64,000 nucleotides of DNA. Source: Candidatus Aenigmatarchaeota archaeon. GTDB lineage: Archaea > Aenigmatarchaeota > Aenigmatarchaeia > CG10238-14 > SCSR01. The stretch covers positions 78,646 through 142,645 of the forward strand of contig JACPAE010000004.1 in assembly GCA_016181005.1 (NCBI GenBank), in the 5' to 3' direction. Under the pieces are notes generated by a model. It had not been told where the DNA came from. It saw only the letters and a list, made by a program, of their open reading frames with translations, and made no database searches. Of this stretch, positions 57,748 to 64,000 are shown piece by piece; the first letter of the stretch is position 1, and each line of letters starts with the position of its first letter. A program made the translations under genes and the position numbers.

Positions 57748-58248
57748 TCATTCGAAGATTATCACTATTTCATCCCCATCTCTAATAACATATTTTTCAA
57801 AGTCGTTATTTAATTTGTTATTTACAAACATTTTCACGCTTCCTTCAGGACCATTGCAAAATTCGAAAATACAGTTCTTGTTAAAAGTCTTTCCCCAAAC
57901 TTGGAAGAAATTACCCAGATACATATCCTGTGATGTTGGTGCATGCATCATAACTTCCCAATGTAGCGTGCCAGTAGCATCGTGAGTATGCATATTCGTC
58001 ATGTCCATCATACTGTCATAAAAGGGGCTGCTTGCATATTCGCTACCTATCCCTATATTGGCGGGTATAGCAACTTTCTCACCTTTTATTATTATTTCAA
58101 GATTAGGATGCCAGTGTATAGGTTTATTGGGTAAAACAACATTGTCGGTTATTTTTGAAAAAGAAAACAAAGAGTATAGGCCCATCAATAAGCCAATAGA
58201 ACCCAAAACAACGACAAAAATTACTATTATGTTTTCATTTCTTTTCAT
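57748..58248 (-). CDS. Membrane-anchored His-motif protein (paralog B)
   Basis: IHWHP...IPANIG...HTHDATGTLH.E...LGNFF..WG. Confidence 0.75.
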   Translation of the reverse strand: MKRNENIIVIFVVVLGSIGLLMGLYSLFSFSKITDNVVLPNKPIHWHPNLEIIIKGEKVAIPANIGIGSEYASSPFYDSMMDMTNMHTHDATGTLHWEVMMHAPTSQDMYLGNFFQVWGKTFNKNCIFEFCNGPEGSVKMFVNNKLNNDFEKYVIRDGDEIVIIFE

Positions 58249-58249
58249 A

Positions 58250-59053
58250 CTATCTCGTTGCATTGACTACCTTATTCTGATCGAGATCCTTATAAGTTCC
58301 CATCAGTTCCGTGCTCCTGAAAACATACCAGCCGTCATCCTCGACAGTTCCGACATCATTCCAAATGCCAACTAAAGACGGATATACGGAAGCATCAGGG
58401 GAAAGAATTATCGTAGGCACTTTTGTTATGCTGTACTTTTGCAGCAGTTCTTTCCCTGCAGTCGACGATACATCATAAGTCAGAGACTTGTCTACATAAA
58501 TGCCGAAGTTTGGAAGTACCTGCATATGGTTCTCCACATCATAGCACTCCAGACAAGAGTTATCCGTGAGCCTTATCACTTCAACGAGGCCGACAACACG
58601 CTCTGTGTCCAGCCTGTAATATGGCGGGATGTGGTCGATAACAACAACATTGTCAACAGCCTCCACACCAATCCTCGCCCACAAATGGGCAATATTTGCC
58701 TGTGAAACCTCTCCGGTGATGACTAGAGCCGGGAGACTTGCTATACCGTTCTTCGCAATTATGTCCTGCGCTTCATCGCCCTTATAATCCAAATTCTTTT
58801 CCTGGACAACATTAACATTCTGGTCCTTGATGAACTCAGCAACTCGCGACATGTCATAACAGTTTTCGCAATCGGCAGCCGTTATCAAGGCGAAATGCAA
58901 GTTTGCAGGCCTCTCCTGCTGGAGCTTCGACCTGATCGGCTCAAGCGCACTATTTGTAAGGAAAATGTTTATGCCATAAATAATAACCAAGGCTATTGCA
59001 AGCCCTACGAATGCATTGCGCACCAGTTCATTGTGCCTCTTGCGTTTTCTCAA
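58250..59053 (-). CDS. Membrane-anchored tandem thioredoxin-like protein
   Basis: Two repeats CENCYD / CLECYD, each followed by an LP/VP cis-Pro motif. Confidence 0.7.
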   Translation of the reverse strand: MRKRKRHNELVRNAFVGLAIALVIIYGINIFLTNSALEPIRSKLQQERPANLHFALITAADCENCYDMSRVAEFIKDQNVNVVQEKNLDYKGDEAQDIIAKNGIASLPALVITGEVSQANIAHLWARIGVEAVDNVVVIDHIPPYYRLDTERVVGLVEVIRLTDNSCLECYDVENHMQVLPNFGIYVDKSLTYDVSSTAGKELLQKYSITKVPTIILSPDASVYPSLVGIWNDVGTVEDDGWYVFRSTELMGTYKDLDQNKVVNATR

Positions 59054-59089
59054 CTAGACAACTCCTTTAAAAATGAAGAAAAGGAAAGC

Positions 59090-59278
59090 TTACCCGCAAC
59101 CGCCAACTTGCGAAGCCTGCGACAACTGGGAAAGCACGCCAGACTGAGAACTTACGGCAGCCGTTCCTACCACACCGCTGGATATGGCCTGGGTCAATGT
59201 AACAAGCTGTATCGCCTGCACACCTGCCATTAGCACCAATATTCCCATCAGCGCAAGCAGCACCATGTTCGTGTTCAT
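59090..59278 (-). CDS. Small membrane-anchored peptide ending VGGCG
   Basis: N-terminal TM, Ser/Ala linker, GGC terminus; AGGAGG RBS upstream. Confidence 0.65.
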   Translation of the reverse strand: MNTNMVLLALMGILVLMAGVQAIQLVTLTQAISSGVVGTAAVSSQSGVLSQLSQASQVGGCG

Positions 59279-59299
59279 CTAACAACCTCCTTAATTAAT

Positions 59300-59575
59300 T
59301 TAATCATTATCTAATAAATGCCCTTTGCAGCCATGCTCTATGCTGCATTGCACCAATTCCCCGAACTTTGGAACGCCTTCAAACATCTTCCTGCCGTTTC
59401 CAACTATTGTCGGAATTGTTCTGACATTGTATTTTTTTGCCTCTTTCATGCCCTGGCTTTTGGCAAGATCGTATATCCGCAGAGAGCATTTCGCGCCCAT
59501 AACTTTTCTTACCATGTCCTCTGTTTTTGTGCAAAGATGGCAACCGCTTACGAATAACTCAATATCCATTGGCAT
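59300..59575 (-). CDS. Thioredoxin-like protein
   Basis: GCHLC and TIPT. Confidence 0.75.
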   Translation of the reverse strand: MPMDIELFVSGCHLCTKTEDMVRKVMGAKCSLRIYDLAKSQGMKEAKKYNVRTIPTIVGNGRKMFEGVPKFGELVQCSIEHGCKGHLLDND

Positions 59576-59579
59576 TTAC

Positions 59580-60974
59580 TCACAACCCCAGGCCCTGCAG
59601 ATACTGCTTAACGGCATAAGAGCCTGATAAGGATGAATATTGCTTTCCGGCAACCAGTTCTCTATCCACATCGTTCCAATCTTTGTTTTCCGCCAATTTA
59701 AAGTACAGTGCGTCCTGTATGTATGTTGCGGGGAACCAGTATGAGTTGAACTTGACGAATGCATCAAACATCTCCTCCTCACTGTAGCCTTGATGAGCCA
59801 TGAGCTCAACCAATCCAAGTGCAGAGAACCCGTGCGAGCAGTCTGGCGCAGACGTAGGATTGCCGCAGCACGGCCTGTACGAGTTCTTCGCGACCTTCTC
59901 GGCTTTAGCCTGCTGTTCAGGCGTCAGCTCAATGAGACTTGTGTCGCCGTAGCCTGCCTTGCCTACGCCTATATCATAATCGCCAAAATACTGCGCAAAC
60001 GGGCTGTCGTGCAGAATCTGGTTGTCGTTGTGCTTGCCCAGCGTCCAGAGTACGTACATCATAAAGACGCCATTGTCTGAATTGATCGTAAGCTTTTCGT
60101 CCGAATAGTCCGATGTCAGCAATGTTTTTTGTTCAGTTGTCAGGGGCTTGCCATACCTTTTCGTCATTATATCGTCCAGCTTGTCCACGTCAAGAACGCC
60201 CGCCTTGACCATCTTGCTCACAGAATCTCCCCATTTAGCGTCTATTGTGAAACCTTTCTCCGGCAGAACCTCCAGGGCAACCGAGTCTACATCAACCTTT
60301 CCATCTGTGCTTGTAGCAGAGCCCGTTGTGCTGACTGCGTTCCCTGTGACGATTGGCATTAACTGATAGCCGAAAATCAGCAAGGCCGCGACAGTAATGC
60401 CGATGAAGGCGTATGTCTGCAAAGGAGTTAGTTCATCGCTGAAAGAATGCCTGGATCTCTTTAAAGCAGCTTCTGTTGTGGTGCATGCTATGCAAATGTT
60501 GTCGTATGAAAATCTTACCGTAAGCAAAACTCCAACGGCCAGCAGGGCAAGTCCGGCAATCTGTATCCAAATCAGGTATGGTATAACTGAGACAAGCGGA
60601 ATGGTTATGAAACTGCCAAGGACAAGAAAGTTCACGCCAAGGCACACCGGGCACACTGCAGCGAACGCTCCTGCGGCCATTCCCAAGAACGACGTGCCTC
60701 TTGAAATAGCCTTGTTCTGAATGGAGTATCTAGTCAGCGTGACAATCAGCGAGGCCATTAAAGACGCTGCTGCAATGTAGAAATAATCAAACAGCCCTGG
60801 TTTCACATCCTTGAAAAATCCCAGCTCGATAATAGGGATTACAAAAATCCCATAGAAGAAAGAGTACAGCAACAAAAATCCAACTAGGGCAGCGAGAAAA
60901 AACTTTAGGTTCTTTTTTGCGACCACGGTTAAAGTGTTTGAAAAGACTTGTTTAATAGAAGATTTTTTCCTCAT
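59580..60974 (-). CDS. Cys-motif membrane protein
   Basis: TM domain with CPVC and CIAC; soluble domain with RPCC...DCSHG. Confidence 0.75.
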   Translation of the reverse strand: MRKKSSIKQVFSNTLTVVAKKNLKFFLAALVGFLLLYSFFYGIFVIPIIELGFFKDVKPGLFDYFYIAAASLMASLIVTLTRYSIQNKAISRGTSFLGMAAGAFAAVCPVCLGVNFLVLGSFITIPLVSVIPYLIWIQIAGLALLAVGVLLTVRFSYDNICIACTTTEAALKRSRHSFSDELTPLQTYAFIGITVAALLIFGYQLMPIVTGNAVSTTGSATSTDGKVDVDSVALEVLPEKGFTIDAKWGDSVSKMVKAGVLDVDKLDDIMTKRYGKPLTTEQKTLLTSDYSDEKLTINSDNGVFMMYVLWTLGKHNDNQILHDSPFAQYFGDYDIGVGKAGYGDTSLIELTPEQQAKAEKVAKNSYRPCCGNPTSAPDCSHGFSALGLVELMAHQGYSEEEMFDAFVKFNSYWFPATYIQDALYFKLAENKDWNDVDRELVAGKQYSSLSGSYAVKQYLQGLGL

Positions 60975-60992
60975 AATACCATTATTCTGTCG

Positions 60993-61667
60993 TTACCTAT
61001 TTAATACCATTGTCCTTCCGGAGTTGTCCTTGGAAAAGTCTGTGACATTGTTTTGCTGCAATGCAATCTCCTCGTCAGTTTCATCGCCGTAAGTAATAAG
61101 AATCTTGTCCAAGTCCTTGAAGACATACTTTTCATATTCAGAGTTCTGTTCCCACGCGCCGTCAGCATGCTTGATGTACATCTTCAAAGTCGCGGAGCCA
61201 GAGTTGCAGTATTTTTTGGCGCCAGTGACTTCGAAGCATTCCAAATTAAACCTCATCCCCAAGCTGTCGAAGAACATCTTTAGCGGTACTCCTGTGGAGT
61301 GTATGTGTGTGACAGTGCCTGCTCCAGGACCTTCTTCTATATGCACGTAAGAACTCCTGACATAGAATTGCGGGGGCAGAGGCGTTATTTCTTCACCGTT
61401 CAAGTGTATTCCAATGTCCGCATGGATGTGAGTTGAGCCTACGGGTCCTATATTCGGGGAATTCGATAACGACCAGTAAATTCCGTATCCGACAGCGCCC
61501 ACAACAAGCAAAGGTATCAGGATTAGCAGAATCTTGCCCTTAGTTATTTTGCTTTTCCTCTGATGATGGTGGACAGGCTGCTCCTTATGCGCGTCATTCC
61601 TATGCTGGCTAAGGGCTTCGTTGGTTTTGAATTTCCTGCCGCATACGTCGCACGAAACCTTTTCCAT
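60993..61667 (-). CDS. C2H2 zinc finger plus TM plus His-motif protein (paralog C)
   Basis: CDVC...H...H; THIHAD...HIE...HIH...L..FF. Confidence 0.75.
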   Translation of the reverse strand: MEKVSCDVCGRKFKTNEALSQHRNDAHKEQPVHHHQRKSKITKGKILLILIPLLVVGAVGYGIYWSLSNSPNIGPVGSTHIHADIGIHLNGEEITPLPPQFYVRSSYVHIEEGPGAGTVTHIHSTGVPLKMFFDSLGMRFNLECFEVTGAKKYCNSGSATLKMYIKHADGAWEQNSEYEKYVFKDLDKILITYGDETDEEIALQQNNVTDFSKDNSGRTMVLNR

Positions 61668-61708
61668 GAACCTTATTGTTTAAATCTGCTTTAAATAAAT
61701 ATCGTTTA

Positions 61709-62167
61709 ATGGCAAAGAAAAAATTTGTCTGGCACGAGCCTAAGAGTGTGCCAAAGCCTGTTATCGACATGATAATAGAAAAGGGCGGCAAGATGCTGCT
61801 GTACAAGCGCGACATATACCCGTTCAAGGGGAAGTATTGCGTCATCGGCGGCTTTGTGGAAGATGGCGAGGCTGTTGAAGAGACTGCCTTGAGGGAAGTA
61901 AAGGAAGAGACAGGCCTGAAAGTAAAGCTCACTCACATACTCGGAGTTTATTCGGACAAGAAGCGGGATCCAAGGTTCCACACTATAAGCACGGTCTTTA
62001 TCGGGAAAGTTGTTGGTGGTAGGCTGAGAAGCAGCTACGAGGGCAAAGTTGAATGGGTGGAAATAGGCAAAATAGATGTTAACAATATGGGATTTGACCA
62101 TGGCACGATGGTAAGAGATTATATTAGATGGAAAAGGAAGAAGGGGACTTACTGGAGCACGAAATAA
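61709..62167 (+). CDS. Nudix hydrolase
   Basis: GGFVEDGE...ALREVKEETG; RDPR; FDH. Confidence 0.9.
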   Translation: MAKKKFVWHEPKSVPKPVIDMIIEKGGKMLLYKRDIYPFKGKYCVIGGFVEDGEAVEETALREVKEETGLKVKLTHILGVYSDKKRDPRFHTISTVFIGKVVGGRLRSSYEGKVEWVEIGKIDVNNMGFDHGTMVRDYIRWKRKKGTYWSTK

Positions 62168-62800
62168 CTAGAATCTTTTGTCAATCTCTTTCTGGATTCT
62201 TTTGGCGCACCTTGTGGCGATTTCGTCTGGGCTGTCATTGGCATCTATGTATTCGACGTTGAACTCATTGGCAAAATCCTTAGGCAGGTTGTAGTAAACC
62301 TTCAGCTCTTCCTCTAGATGCTCCTTCGTCTCAAACCTGTCGAACTCCTTCTTGCCAAGCTGGCTCCTTTTATGGACTTCATTTCCAAGAACTCTCAATA
62401 TAAGCGTCAGGTCAGGCACATTCTTGTTGAACTTGTTTATCTGCCTCATCCAGGCCAAGTCAGACTTTCCTATAAGGCTCTGGTAGATGTAGGTGGAAAG
62501 AAGAGACCTCTCCTGGATGACCACAAAGTTATCCTTCGACTCTTTCAAAGGCTTTATAACGCTCTCATAATGGTGAAGGTGGTCTGCGGCGAATGCAAGA
62601 GAAAACACATTGGAAGAGACTTGATCGGCAGAGTTGGCAAGAATTCTCGTGAAAAATCCCGTTGAAGAATTGCTGGGGAGCTGGGTTCTCTTGAAAATTA
62701 TCTTCTTGTTCTCATTTCTGAGTATTTCTACAATCAGGTTTGATACAGTTGACTTGCCTGAAAAGTCAGGTCCGTCTATGCTGATTACAAGCGCTGGCAT
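62168..62800 (-). CDS. tmk: Thymidylate kinase
   Basis: IDGPDFSGKST, ERS..ST..YQ, PDL. Confidence 0.85.
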   Translation of the reverse strand: MPALVISIDGPDFSGKSTVSNLIVEILRNENKKIIFKRTQLPSNSSTGFFTRILANSADQVSSNVFSLAFAADHLHHYESVIKPLKESKDNFVVIQERSLLSTYIYQSLIGKSDLAWMRQINKFNKNVPDLTLILRVLGNEVHKRSQLGKKEFDRFETKEHLEEELKVYYNLPKDFANEFNVEYIDANDSPDEIATRCAKRIQKEIDKRF

Positions 62801-62831
62801 AATTGATTATTGAAAGTTTTGTTTTAAATCT

Positions 62832-64000
62832 TCAAACAGCCCAAAACCTTTTCGTCCTTGCGAACTGTTTCTCAGCTTCGAGAATGTCCTTCATGAAAGC
62901 ATCCTCATCCTTGTGATACTTCGCCAAAATCCTTTTTGCAGTAGTAGCGCCCACGCCTTTTCCTGCAAGGGCCTTGACAGCCTTGGCACGATAATACATA
63001 AACAAATCAGCCCTACTCTTCATGTTTTCATACCTCTTCTTCTCCTCTTCCGTCAGTCCGCTCTTCCTCAAAGCCTTCTTCACAATCTTCCCTCCACCGA
63101 TCCACTGCTTGTTCAATGCCGCTAAAAGCTTTGAATCGCACTTGCCACACTTCAACCTATCCCCAACTTCCTTCACATAATAGATCTGGTCCCAATTGCC
63201 ACAATTGATGCAAACCAATCTAAGCTGAGTATTCAACAGCCTCTGCTTGAACAATTCAAAAATCTCCATCTCCGGCTTGGCAGGCCCGACAATTTCCGCA
63301 TACTTGTGCTTAATCCCAATCTTCCCCAAGTGCGACAAGCCGTTCTTGAAGACAACATTAATCTCCTTCTTCTGTATCTTCTTCAGAATATCCACAGCCT
63401 TCTCAACATCAAACTTTTCAGTCAGCAACTCCTTTATGGTCTCCTTGTAAATCGGCGTGCCTGCAAAATCCTCAATCACCTTCTTCATCCTCACCTTTCC
63501 AAAGTCGGCATCCCTAGTTATCGCTCCAAACCTCTTCGCCACATGCACAAACTTCCACGCAAACAACTCGCTATTGCTCAACGACAATTCTAGATAGCTC
63601 TGCAAGTGCTCCGGATTCGTGCCGAAAAGAATCTCCTTAACAAGCTCTACATTCTTCTTCTGGAACTCTATCATTATCCTGTACGGATCTGTCTTGAATC
63701 CGACAGAGCCAATCCTGCTGGTGAGCAATGCAACAATGAACCTGCCCAAAGTCTCGTTAACAGTGTTTCCAGCACATGTATGAATAATAACCAAGTTCTC
63801 AAAATCCTCCACCAGAATAGTCTTGTCGTCAGGAACGATTCCGAACTGCTTCTGCTTCTTGATGACGTCAATCATTTCTTTTGCACAGTTGTCGTCAACA
63901 GGGTACTTGTTCTGTATTTCTTTCACAAGACTCGATTTCTTCTCCAACTCTTGTTTAATAAATCTCCTAAGCTGTCCGACCTCCCGCGTCACATCATGCA
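62832..64000 (-). CDS. Lhr-like helicase, C-terminal part (runs off the window edge)
   Basis: IHT..G..VNETL, VAKRFG, CINC/CGKC zinc ribbon, GVG..TA.RIL HhH. Confidence 0.8.
   Translation of the reverse strand, partial: HDVTREVGQLRRFIKQELEKKSSLVKEIQNKYPVDDNCAKEMIDVIKKQKQFGIVPDDKTILVEDFENLVIIHTCAGNTVNETLGRFIVALLTSRIGSVGFKTDPYRIMIEFQKKNVELVKEILFGTNPEHLQSYLELSLSNSELFAWKFVHVAKRFGAITRDADFGKVRMKKVIEDFAGTPIYKETIKELLTEKFDVEKAVDILKKIQKKEINVVFKNGLSHLGKIGIKHKYAEIVGPAKPEMEIFELFKQRLLNTQLRLVCINCGNWDQIYYVKEVGDRLKCGKCDSKLLAALNKQWIGGGKIVKKALRKSGLTEEEKKRYENMKSRADLFMYYRAKAVKALAGKGVGATTAKRILAKYHKDEDAFMKDILEAEKQFARTKRFWAV

Noticed and set aside
1..64000. CRISPR array, rRNA, transposase or integrase
   Set aside because: No periodic repeat-spacer pattern, rRNA-like tract or recombinase motif was recognised by eye

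Overview
Archaeal chromosomal window with a DPANN-like gene inventory (inference; no taxonomy marker was computed). It carries an intron-containing tRNA-Pro, an aIF2a-Nop10-PAC2-rpS2 cluster, nrdR-nrdJ with NrdR boxes, a 2-oxoacid dehydrogenase/lipoylation cluster, ADP-forming acyl-CoA synthetase, a thioredoxin operon, an arginine-catabolism cluster (ArcE-like, carbamate kinase, OTC), pentose-phosphate genes, several toxin-antitoxin/Fic cassettes and a ~10 kb copper/thiol island. The standout is a diversity-generating retroelement (target 36448-37152, template repeat 37389-37515, RT 37538-38617) whose template repeat carries two 15-nt inserts absent from the variable repeat. Both inserts fold as bulge-helix-bulge motifs, and the canonical cut sites regenerate the VR junctions exactly. 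This suggests a DGR template RNA that is spliced by the archaeal tRNA-splicing endonuclease before mutagenic reverse transcription. The TR lies inside a ~325-nt structured non-coding region with paired ends. A truncated second copy of its leader follows another VR-like gene (46688-47299), and a third VR-like gene lies at 43064-43774. All alignments and folds were done by eye.
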